64,000 bases of DNA, from contig CM074521.1 of NCBI GenBank assembly GCA_037379345.1, positions 4,898,001 through 4,962,000 on the forward strand. Direction: 5' to 3'. This DNA comes from Perna viridis (lineage: Eukaryota). The notes below the pieces were generated by a model, which worked only from the letters and a program-made list of their open reading frames with translations, ran no database searches and was not told the origin of the DNA. Within the stretch, counting starts at the first letter, position 1; each line of letters opens with the position of its first letter. Made by a program: the position numbers and the translations under genes. Shown in pieces: positions 53,901 through 64,000 of this stretch.

Positions 53901-56900
53901 TCATATAAGATTCTGAAGAGGACATGATTTGTAATATGTCGGGAACTTTCATTGAATTATAACCAGTATCCGCTTACAGTTCTTAATACGAAATGAGTGT
54001 TGAATAGTTCCATACGTAACTATACTACACCTGGCAAGTTGGATACGTTAAATCAGAATATGTGAATTACTAGCTATTGAAGTCAGTACGAATAGCTTTA
54101 TGACTTAATGTTACAAGTCAAAAATGTCGAACGAAATGTGAAGTGAATAGTTAATTTACAAAACGGGACGCTTCTTTTTCTTTGTTGTGTATGTAACATT
54201 ACAAAATCACCGATCCTATTACGAATATCAATTAAATAGTCCCAGGATGCCGTATCACAATTAAATAGTCCCAGGATGCCGTATCACAATTAAATAGTCC
54301 CAGGATCACAATTAAGTTTAAGGTTGTAATTTTTCTGTGGGATTTACAATGGTTTAATTATGTTGTCTTCGTGTTAACAAATAAACTTATTTCTTTTATA
54401 TCAAGCCATTTGTGCGTCATAAAGTTTGTAGCTACCATAATTGGAATATGTCGATGATATTTCCTGAGAATGGTTCATTCGTCTTGATCAGTTCAGGCAT
54501 GTTTGATACCAGTTTTACGTATTAATATGATATAAATTATAGTAGTCGAAGTAGTTACGATGGTACGATGGTGAGTTTCAAGGATGAAGATATTCTTTTA
54601 AAATTGAAACATTTCAATTTAACTATCCCTTTCCCTACCGGTGAACCTGGTCCATGCCCCCGCTTTTAGAGGAGTCCGTGTTGCTCATTTCCTTTTGCTA
54701 CTTTGTATGTATTATGTTAGTTACTCTATGTTCTTTGTTGTGTATGTCTGTTTTCCCTGCCATGACTTTGTCCCCAGATGACATTCTTTTGATTACCGCT
54801 AGAACCTTGGTTCAATTGATTACTCTTACAAATAAGTCAAAACGACTACATTAGAAACTATTTTCTCAAATGTGAATTTGTTTTTCAAAAGACCGCAATG
54901 CATTGGTTTTTCATTGGTTTTAACTTGTTTATGATTTTATTTTTTTTTATTTTCATTCATTTTTTTGGGGGGGGGGAGGTTAGTCCTATACAATTGAAAT
55001 TTCAATCATTGAATCTTGCAGAACAACGATTTAAGCTTGTGAATGAACCTAAAATAACTGTAGTGGTTTAGTTGGCGTTATATAATTATATCAAATATAT
55101 TTTGAGTGCTTCCTTATATAGTATAAACAGAGGTGTGCATGAAATTACAAACTTGTTCTACAACAGATACTAAAAAAAGTTCTCGATGTTTTTAACTTGC
55201 GGATTCGTGTGTTTACACGATCATCCTATTTGAGTGCACACACATCTCGTGTGAGCGTACCGGAGTTTTTAACTTAATTATTTAAAAACATAAACAATAA
55301 TAATAATTTTTAAGTTAATATCAAATCTCATTTTAATTTTCATCCATTCGCTTGGTTTGAAAAAAAGACGCCAGGAAAGAAAAAAGGAACACAATTATTT
55401 AAACATGTATGAAACAAATCATTGCGGGATGTTATCTGAATGATGATTTTCCATCAATTGTAACAGGTACAAGCTGTCGTTATTCTTGTATCTTTATCTG
55501 TTTTACACACCACCCAAGTTGGCCCCAGTACTGTCAATTACTTAGGCAATCAATAGAGTAATAAACTAGTTTGCGTGTAAATTTACATGTAAATTGTTGC
55601 AAATTCAGTCTTTCTAGCAAAAACAATAAACATGGAAATACGTTCTCATATTTGTGAGGGCTAAATGTTTTCCTTGATTACTAGAAATTCTAAAAAATGT
55701 TAAGTACTTCTCCGTCCAAGAATCGGGCAAAATATGTATAAGGTGTGGCACAAGAAGAAAAAAAAACAAAGCAGATATTTTATTGCATTAACCAAGTATT
55801 TATATCTGAAATAACCATTAGATTGTTCGCTTAAGATAGTGATAGGTAAAATTTAGATGAAATGCACTATGGAAAAATGGCGGGAAAATTTTCTCACACT
55901 TTTTCCTTATAAAATTAATTAAAATACAAGTACATCACAGATTCTTCAGGATAAATGTAAGTAGCTTTTCACTTGTTTCCTAGATGTAATGAATATATTT
56001 TAGGCAACAAGACCTAATTAAGAATAATGATGTGTCACCCATTGCCTGATTCTTACACAGAATGGTACTAATGTCATTATTTATTTATGTTACATTACGC
56101 AACTGAAGGGGGCATATTACGTTGTTCACACTAGAAAACTATTGAAAATTATGTAGCATTATTGCAACACCGATAGCATTTCAATCCACAGCAAAGCAAC
56201 TTTGAATCAGAATGTTACCTCCGTTACGACAAGTTCTTTGATGCAAGGGCTAAAATAATAAAGTATAAATGGAAAGAACGACAAAACTTTCAGACAATCA
56301 ATATACAGTATAGTTGTTAGCGAAACTTGGCACTGCTGAAAAATGCTATATTCTTGTCACGTTTCAATGACGATGACAGTACAATAGTACAATTATATGT
56401 TCTGTACCAGTATTTCTATGTATCTTACAATCTATTCCTCAAGCATAGTTCTTTCTGCTTTCTGCATACAGTTATCACAGTAAGTGAATCGGGAAACATT
56501 ACTTTCTGTAGTGAACTTGACTATTGGCAAAATGGGGATAAAAGCTTTCAGTTTTAAAACTGTCTTTAGTTATTGAACAAGATTGTGTTGAATCGAAAGC
56601 AATAACTTAGATAATACAGATACAAAAATGACATTTGAATTAATAATAATGTAATATTACTTTAACAAAATAGTGGGTGGTTCTTTTTTAATTTTGGATA
56701 TTCAATGGTGGAATATCGTACATTGAATTGGTGTATTGAAATAAATTGTAATCGGCAATGGTGCATAGGGACATTGTACCTTTTCAGAATTGTAAGGATT
56801 GTACATGTAACTTTCTCATAAAATGAACCGAAAAAAGATTCGTTAATCTGGGAATTTAAGCAGATTTCTTGAATGTTTTTGTATAGAACAAGCTCTTGAA

Positions 56901-59833
56901 AAGGATATTTAAGGAAACAGACTAAGAATATTTTAAAAAGTGTAGAATCAATCCAGGGACAACTACCGGATGAAGAAAAGAGACCCCACAACAAAAAAAT
57001 ATTGGAGCATGGAACTGGTGCACTGGTAGGATGAGCGTGCTCTTCATTTCCAGAAACACGTTACGAGTTGCTCATAAAATGTCGCCTCCGGGGTAGACAA
57101 AAGATTAAAATGAAGCTGTGACACTATAAACTATCGGTTGCCGTGGTGCAGATGAATACACCATAAAGATGAGAATATTTATCCTAGATATGTGCCTGGG
57201 ATATTTAATATGACGAGGATTTGGATTTTATTTTTTGAATTAAGCTTAAGATTTTACATAAAACATAACTATATTTGGATAGGTACTATAATAATGATAA
57301 AAAAATCAAAATTAAATAGGATGATATGGACAAGATTCAAGTTTGTTTAAAAATATCAGTTATCAAGAAAGTAAAATCGCTAGAATTCATTATATACATT
57401 ATACTTTTATGGAATAAAAAATGCATATGTACAAACATATCAATCTATAAAGCACAGTTTCTGTAAAGTTTCCTCGTTCATTGTATTAATCTCACAGATA
57501 TGTCATTAATTGCCAATAAATTCCGACTTTTCAATATCAAAAGGATGTAATAAAAACCCAAACCATTACAAACATATTCAGTCGACATAATGTTCGTAAT
57601 GGGAGCAATTTCAAATTGAAAGTAAATTCAAATATGGCTGACGACATGATTCCGCTTTAATCGATAAGTTGAAAAGGTTTGAATTAGCGCCGTGTTACTG
57701 TCAAGATATCTCTCGCTCATCTAAACTTGTTTTCTGTATCACTGAACTACTATTTGACAGAGCTGCTTGATGATCGAGGTAAAAGTTAAGTTTGCTGATT
57801 AAAACTGATAATACCTAGGGAATATTAGAGTCTGGGTTAGCTGAGAGCAAGCTTGCGTATAATGTCATCAATTAGATTTTCAATAAAGGTTAGATAAAAA
57901 AACACAGTGCACAGAATGTAATTATAGACTGTTGTAATTGCTTTAATCTTTTTTCAACGCTATAAATGCACTTACTATTCGTAGTTTTAAGATTGGGGTC
58001 ATTTAGAATAGACAATTCACCTCTTTAATTGTGCACTTGTACGTAGTTAATGATTGATTTCATAATAAAGACTAGTGATTAGATTATTATATATCTATAT
58101 ACATTTAACTACACTCCTTTGTAATGACTTTTTTCTTTATTTTCCTTAACTTCTTTTTTAATCAATATTTAATTAATACAATGTCTTTTTTTATATTTAA
58201 ATTTGATTAATTTTAAGTTATTGATTAAAAGCATTGTTTACTGTTTTTACGTCCCTGTTTTGTTCATGAGACAAATATTATCGTTCTTTATGAGTAAATC
58301 TTTCGATGGTCAGAGTTGTTTTTTTATTGTTTGATACTTAGAACATCTTCGAGAGCCTACAAACGCTTGCATTATTCATCCTTAGTACCGGAATATATGC
58401 AGTGGTAATGAACGCAATGCTCAGGTATTTGTGTATGAGTGAACCTTTGGTTTAATTTGTGATTTTTTTTATTTGACTTTTATCTATTGTCATTTTTGTT
58501 TCATTCTATTTTATTTTGTAAAAATGCCCTATTGAATTTTACACCCTTCGTGATTAAAAAAGTGATCTTTATCGTAACATGAAACTTAATATGATTTTAA
58601 GTATTTTAAGAAGATGATCAAGCGACTATCTCTGTATATCAAAATATGTATGAAGAAATGAATGGTACATTGTATTTTATATAAATAAGAAAATATTCCA
58701 TTCTTACGGGTGCACCTGGTCCATGTCCCTTTGCTTAATAGAGTCCGAGTCGCCCATTAACTTTTCTTACTTTGTATGTATTATTTTGGTTATTTATTTT
58801 CTTTGTTGTGTTCGTCTGTTTTCCATGTCTGGTCGTTGTCCCTGGGTTACATTCTCTTGCTATCCGCAAGAATTTTGGGTCCCTTGATTACTCTTTAGAT
58901 AAAGAAAAGTTTGAGTATTTAAAATAGAACATTAAAATGTTAAAATAAGAAATATAATAGTACCAAAATAGCAAATTTTGTAAAAGCTGTACACTTGTTT
59001 CAAGAAGTTATCTCTCATTAGCAGCATTATAGAACCACATTGTTAGGAAGGAAACCATACAAAAATTTTCAAACATGTACAAATAGGAAGCAATCCCCAG
59101 CGGTTCCATAACAGTATGTCAAAGGAGCTACATTACTATACTCGCATGTTCAATGCGAGGAATGAAGCTGGCAAATATCGGTACATATATAGTTGGTGGT
59201 TTCATGTAGTGAATACCCTCGGAAATCTATGGGCCAGGTTCAGTGTCATCGTTAAAGGTTTATATTAATACCGATACTACAAGTATTGCAAATTTCGCTA
59301 TACAGTACACGTGTGTAATGGAGTAACCTTTAATTTGCAGCATAAAAACCAAATACTTAGGAATAAGTACCATACGTGAAATGTACTAGTACGTAGCTAA
59401 ATAGAAGGAGACGTAACAAGGAACATGTTTTTAAGTGATTTCTTTATATCAACATAACTTTGAAGGTATTAGTAAATGCTATACTTACATATATCATATA
59501 AGAAGAAAATTTGCAGTAAGCATCGCCTAGAATCCAGGTAGGAACTACAATATGAAGTAATGTAGCAGGTACTACGAAGAAAATAAATGTCAAATCAGCA
59601 AATGCTAAGTTTGTTATGTAAACATTGGTAATGGAACGTTCACCATACCGGAACACAATGTAAATTACAAGTCCATTTCCTATTACACCGGTCAGTATAA
59701 TTAGACTCCACACCGTTGAAATAATGGCGACGGCTGCTTCCGGTAAGTGTTCTTCTTTTGTTTCATTTGTTACGTTTATACCAGCAGGTATTCCAATTGT
59801 TGAAGTTGAAGACACGTTATTCATGATGTACAT
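38104..59833 (-). CDS. KISS1R-like: Kisspeptin-receptor-type (KISS1R/GPR54-like) rhodopsin-family neuropeptide GPCR; 4 coding exons join(59489-59833,51978-52113,43953-44188,38104-38541), 384 aa
   Basis: Four GT-AG exons with compatible phases (0,1,0) total 1155 nt in one frame. All class A motifs are present: TM1 GN, TM2 NLAFADL, TM3 Cys and DRY, TM4 Trp, ECL2 Cys, TM5 Pro, CWFP, NPFVY. HATCLTLSAMTIDRY resembles KISS1R QATCATLTAMSVDRW. A galanin/allatostatin-A receptor identity is not excluded without phylogeny. Confidence 0.88.
39425..39925 (-). mobile_element. About 500-bp SINE/non-autonomous retroposon with structured RTE/RUDI-like head and (CAAA)n tail
   Basis: Perfect 12-bp TSD AATTGTAAAAGG (39413-39424, 39926-39937); reverse-complement match to 44847-45361; head motif GCTTGTCGTAAAAGGCGACTAAAT. 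Confidence 0.85.
41541..41612. mobile_element. Single end of a pogo/Tigger-like MITE
   Basis: Ends GGCCGGTTTGGAGAAGTTTCACTG|TA with repeated AAACCGG subterminal motifs; partner end not found. Confidence 0.5.
42110..42545 (-). pseudogene. Decayed Penelope-like element reverse transcriptase fragment
   Basis: Reverse complement gives MLYFFIDNIIVTFG..QQPVGIPMATD*APLLTDL and FYDKEDDFNFDIINFPYLCSNMPSSPAY, matching PLE RT motifs GIPMGTNCAPLLADL and YDKRDDFNFxIVNFPFLxSNIP. Confidence 0.75.
42630..42920 (+). repeat. Dispersed repeat family, possibly Helentron-associated; related copies near 17215-17500(-), 60890-61150(-), 43815-43930(-), 41750-41825(-), 14770-14850(+)
   Basis: Shared TTTAACCCCGC..CATTTT..GCGCCTGTC.CAAGTCAG core and/or GTTGTCT..TTGACA..CACCAT end; class inferred. 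Confidence 0.6.
43953..44188 (-). CDS. GPCR coding exon 3 (end of TM4, ECL2, TM5, ICL3)
   Basis: Acceptor tctttttcag|TG TCG CTA; (V)SLAISLPFVFFHKV...DCIPVWP...FIIPLTAIVICYGCILLHLW...DGNE|gtttgt; 236 nt, phase 1 to phase 0. Confidence 0.93.
44529..44709 (+). repeat. Dispersed repeat of about 190 bp, possibly the terminal region of a Penelope-like element; other copies near 3010-3155(-), 3838-4034(-), 53468-53675(-), 54630-54826(+), 56925-57045(-), 58708-58895(+)
   Basis: Shared core GGTGCACCTGGTCCATGCTCCCAGTTTTT..GAGTCCGAGTTGCTC..CTGGATTACATTCTTTTG..CCTTGGTTCCCTTGATT. Repeat status is direct; the class is inferred. Confidence 0.75.
44847..45361 (+). mobile_element. Second copy of the same retroposon family, opposite orientation
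   Basis: GTCCCGTGCAGGTCCGGG head ... GACGTTAAACCTCAACAATCAATCAATC tail; colinear with the reverse complement of 39425-39925. Confidence 0.85.
45484..45625 (+). mobile_element. tRNA-derived SINE head
   Basis: Pol III A box TGGTCGAGTGG (45491-45501) and B box GTTCGAGTCC (45558-45567); no complete cloverleaf or acceptor stem. Confidence 0.65.
48218..48370. repeat. 37-bp tandem repeat, 4 copies
   Basis: TTTGATATAAAACAACCTTTGATCGAAGGTGGTATCA repeated without spacers. Confidence 0.9.
51978..52113 (-). CDS. GPCR coding exon 2 (TM3 with DRY, ICL2, start of TM4); absent from the ORF track
   Basis: Reverse complement reads ttacag|GTG ACG TTA CAT GCC ACG TGC... = VTLHATCLTLSAMTIDRYHAIVNPIQSMNWRSTRASSLVSLGVWA plus G|gtttgt; 136 nt, phase 0 to phase 1. 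Confidence 0.93.
53116..53378 (+). repeat. 126-bp tandem duplication built from 63-bp subunits
   Basis: ACAGGTGCT recurs at 53116, 53242, 53368; subunits translate as STG(A/V)(P/T)TATPVT(L/*)QVSSIQ(A/S)SS. Confidence 0.85.
54228..54314. repeat. 29-bp tandem repeat, about 3 copies
   Basis: CAATTAAATAGTCCCAGGAT repeated three times. Confidence 0.85.
59489..59833 (-). CDS. GPCR coding exon 1 (N-terminus, TM1, TM2, start of TM3)
   Basis: MYIMNNVS...GVIGNGLVIYIV...NLAFADL...CKFSSYMIY. Donor TAT|GTAAGT at 59488. Acceptor ttttttttgcag ends at 59843, just upstream of the ATG. N-glycosylation sequons NVS, NVT, NET. Confidence 0.93.
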
Positions 59834-62800
59834 TTAATATATCTGCAAAAAAATACTCGAATGAACTTAAATGTGTAAGTTATGTCCTGTGCCGGTCGAA
59901 CTTTATTTGCTATTCTAAAGCCCTTACAGTTCTGTCTTATAACATACCCCTTACCTTTTTTGCGGTAGAGAGCAACAGTTATAATGTTTCAATACTTTAA
60001 TTTTTTGTCTACGTAACAAAGTCCATCCTTACAGTCTTTACGTGAATTTGTGTACAAGTGTCATGGAATATGCATAATTGAAACATAAACGAATAGTGGC
60101 CGTCTCTTTGATATCATTTGTCTAGTTATTCGAACAAAATATGAGTACATATGTTGTTGTTATTGCTAAATTGACTGTCTGTCATGATCCAACATCACAA
60201 GTGGCTCTGTTTTAAAGATCAGGAGGTTTTCTTTGATGAGACAATTAAAACAAATGAACAAAACTAAGAGATACTTAAACTCTCCAAAGCAATAAAGAAA
60301 CACCTGCAGAATCGGAAACTAATGTTCCAATATGCTGCTGAATAAATAAAACAAGGACGGCAAAAGCATGTTTTAACCTTTAACAAGCGAACTTACAGAA
60401 CCTAACTCTGTTCATTAAAACAGTCGGCGTCTGTGGTAAAGTCGTTATAACAAGATTTAATGAGCAATTAAACGATGCCGAGTTCGATATCATACAATTA
60501 CGTGAAACAAAAACAAGCACTGATAATTAAAACATCTTTACAAGTGTCAATGTACCCTTATGTATCATTCACTGCTTTGGTAAATCGACAATTTAATTTC
60601 CACGACAGTATTAAACCCACATTAAAATAGAATAAATATTGACGGGTGAATATTAGACCATTGTTAATATTGCTTTATGGTAATTATATGGTATTTATAA
60701 CTAAATAGTTTAACAGACTTTTCAACACATATGAATTAATAGTTTATATTTGGGTTCTATTAAATTCTGCCCCGAAGAGAACATGTTAAGCCCTTTCAGA
60801 CCATTATAAAACAATTTCACAAATTTTTTATTTGTGTTGACGTTAACCTCGTACTACTTATACAATGAATAAAATTAGTGAACATTTCAAAGAGTCAACG
60901 ACCCCACATAGATGAAAATGTCAGTCCAAAGCCATTCATTGGTCTTCAATGAACGACTAGGAAACAATCAGACCAAAAGGCAAGCTGCAGCTGGTCCAAA
61001 ATCACCATTATACACAGGTACAGCGAAAGAGTTGCCCCTACATACTAAAGTAACATAAAAAATAAACTAAGGGTGAAAACGAAATAAGACATACAGATGC
61101 CAAAAATTCCTGACTTTGGACAGGCGCGAACAATGCGGTGGGAGTAAAGTACTTAAGCGTGATCACAACCCATCCTTTAAAGTCTGACAAATTTGGCGCA
61201 TCTGCATAAATTCATTTCAGCTGCATGAGCAAAACTAGACATTAATATTCAATATATTCATGTTCTGTTTAGTTTATCATCTACTTAGCAGAGCGCAGTT
61301 ATCTTCCGTTAATATAATAATTATAAAAGGCAATTTTTATTATTGAAAAGACATCTATTCATAAAGACAGTATTGTGAGTAAAGGTTTATAATTACTATA
61401 TACCATCGTATTAAAGCACCTGTATAGCATGATTTCAAGAACAATACATGTTAATCAATTGGCTCAGGTGTTTCACTGAGAATCTTGATTAGATGGTTGT
61501 CAGGATTTCTATTACATTGGCATATAAAAAGCTGTTTTAGCCAACACGTTTTATCAAAGCAAAGTAATACTTTTAAAAGTTTAATTTTTTATAAAATTGG
61601 ACGTTACTCTATAAAAACATTTAGTTTTTTTGTAATAGCAAAAACATCATCTGCATGGAAACAAAACTATTACTTTTATAGTAAAAATTGAGAACCAGGA
61701 TGTTCTTTCTAATATGCATTTTGTACATAAAAACCAAGACTTATAATTTAACCATTTTCAATACTGTCCATCCATGACAGTTCATAATCTTGTCTATAAA
61801 TATTATACATAACCAGTTATTTAAGTCATTGCCAGTTGAATATGAAGTTAATTATTTTCTGTGCATGCAAGCAATTATAAAAAATCAGAGCGTTTTGTAG
61901 CTTTTAACAAGACATCTTTTGTACTTGTTTACAACACATATGGCTGTTCTATAAATACTTTGACTTTGGAAAAAGTACATGTTGTTGATACTAATCAGTG
62001 TTAATTTGGATGTTATAAATGTTCAAACAAGAAGTTATTGTACGCATATAACTTTTTTAGAGTGTTCAATCCAGTAAAATAAAGTTGTTAATAGATCTGT
62101 TAAAGAGATATATTATAAACATAACGTATCTTCACATCACAAAATTCCTAGCCAATATATATATATAATGTCACATTCTGTTGATATTATGAAGTAAATA
62201 TTTTCTGGCATGGTTTGAACTTATGCTGTAATATTCCCAAATATATCATACCCGTCGACATATTAGTATACGGTTGAGGGAAATAAGTAAAAGTAGAATA
62301 ACTAAAGCCAAATGAAAAAAAAATCGATAGAGACAAATATGCTATTTGAGGGCTGCAACTTTCAATTTAAAAAAGAATCGAATGTTTATGATACAAATAA
62401 GAGTTCACACATAGCGTATGATCAGACAGTAAATGCAGGTGTATGTTTAAACTTCAATTTTCAATATTCGTTTCGAAGAGTAATAACAGGTTGGTGCATC
62501 TGTCTGGTTAAATATGAACATTTTAGTAAAATTGCTGAACAAAACGTCATAATTGCATAATTGGGAAGCCAAAAATGTCATTTTTATTAGGTACTTTAAC
62601 ATGAATTAATCATATTTAAAGAAAATTTTATTCCCATTCTTTATATCTAACTGATGATATGAATTATTAAATATTTTTATTCTTCAAGATTGCGTGATGC
62701 ATCTTTAAGTTTTTGCTCTTGTAGTTGTATTTTGTTGGTTTTTTTGTGTTTTTGTTTTGTTTTTGTTTCATGGGTATGGGTATTTTTGTTTGTTTTCTGT

Positions 62801-62993
62801 GTAATTACTGAAACTTAAGAAGTACTAATTTGAAAATAAAATAACAAAAAAACTGACATGTACAAAACAACAGGCAGTGTTAATTTGGATGTCATCAAAC
62901 CTACAAACTTGACGTCATAGTATCTAAACGTCATAGTGACTATAAATCCGTCATATTGTTTTCGTTAAAATGAGTTGGTAAGTTAACTCTTAC

Positions 62994-63150
62994 CTTGAAA
63001 AATAGTTTTATCTAATTTCTGCATAACTCCATGTTTTGCATTCTCAAACCACACTTCGTCGACACTTTCTTGGAATTAGTTTTATCCCCATAGAGTTACA
63101 TTTAACGATTCCTCCGTATAACGAACTATAAATCGATCCATGGTTGGTTT
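62994..63150 (-). other. Candidate non-coding 5'UTR exon of the GPCR gene (5' boundary unknown)
   Basis: Strong minus-strand donor AAG|GTAAGA at 62994/62993. Coding exon 1 has an acceptor 9 nt before its ATG, so an upstream exon is expected. Upper coordinate is a placeholder. Confidence 0.35.
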
Positions 63151-64000
63151 TCAGACATATTATGGAAATTGTGGGATGCAACTAATAACCAATCACATGA
63201 AAGAGTAAACTTAGAATAGAAATGTTATTATAAAAATCTATTGCCTGGTTGAGAGTGCTAAAGTTAATTATTGGGGGTAACACTACTTTCTAATGGTTGA
63301 ATAAATAAGCAGGCAAGCTTAATTAGCTGATATAGCTGCGTTATTTATAAAAGTATCAAATCTTCCATTGATTTTTCTTTACAATTAATTCGAATGTTTA
63401 CATGACTATTAATTACTCCAAAGTGAATCAATCATTTATTTTCCGGTTGTGACATGATATTAAACTAACAAAGGTCTTATATATATATCTGATTGAGGAA
63501 ACCCAAACATGCTTGATTAATGGTGACGAGTTATAATATCTGGATCAACACTGGATTAGTTTGCGTAAAAATTGATCAATTAACCACACAATAGTGGACG
63601 CAAGCCTAATCCCTTAGGCATCGTAACTTTACAACATCGCATGACTTCATTGTCAGACCAAGGCATTAACTTTTCAAATGACTTAGACACATGTGAAATA
63701 ACCGAAAACACCTGATTTGATATTGAAATGAAAAAAAAATTGTCTGTTTTCTCATTTGATTTATCTGTTGAGATTTGAGCTAACATTACACAACAGCGTA
63801 TTTCAATGCACTTATGTATTCTTTATTGTACGATTGAAAATTCATAACCAATGAATATAGTAAACTTTCGAACATTTGGAAGTGGGATAATTTACACATT
63901 ATATAATGTTAATAACACCTTATATTTAAAAAGGCAACAAATAAAATCATAACGATATACAATCAAAACCTTAAGACTTACAAGGCAAAAAATGCTAGTA

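Overview
AT-rich eukaryotic genomic DNA with spliceosomal introns. The repeat content suggests a bivalve mollusc, possibly Mytilus-like (inference). Two spliced protein-coding genes lie on the minus strand, and the ORF track misses most or part of each. (1) A Q50 PRD-class homeobox gene most similar to Repo, join(11991-12012?, 9391-9454, 7449-7572, 6774-6843, 4955-5262), about 195 aa, with the homeodomain split over three small exons. (2) A class A neuropeptide GPCR, join(59489-59833, 51978-52113, 43953-44188, 38104-38541), 384 aa, whose TM3 motif and intron positions point to the kisspeptin receptor (KISS1R/GPR54) lineage. Between them is a full-length but decayed BEL/Pao LTR retrotransposon (24058-32902, AATAC target-site duplication). 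Its 5' LTR carries a TTAA-inserted Kolobok-type MITE, and it appears to sit inside an older DNA element. The rest is SINEs, Penelope-like fragments, pogo/Kolobok/hAT-type MITEs, minisatellites and many TACATGTA octamers that look like Tc1/mariner excision footprints. All calls are from manual reading; no searches were run.
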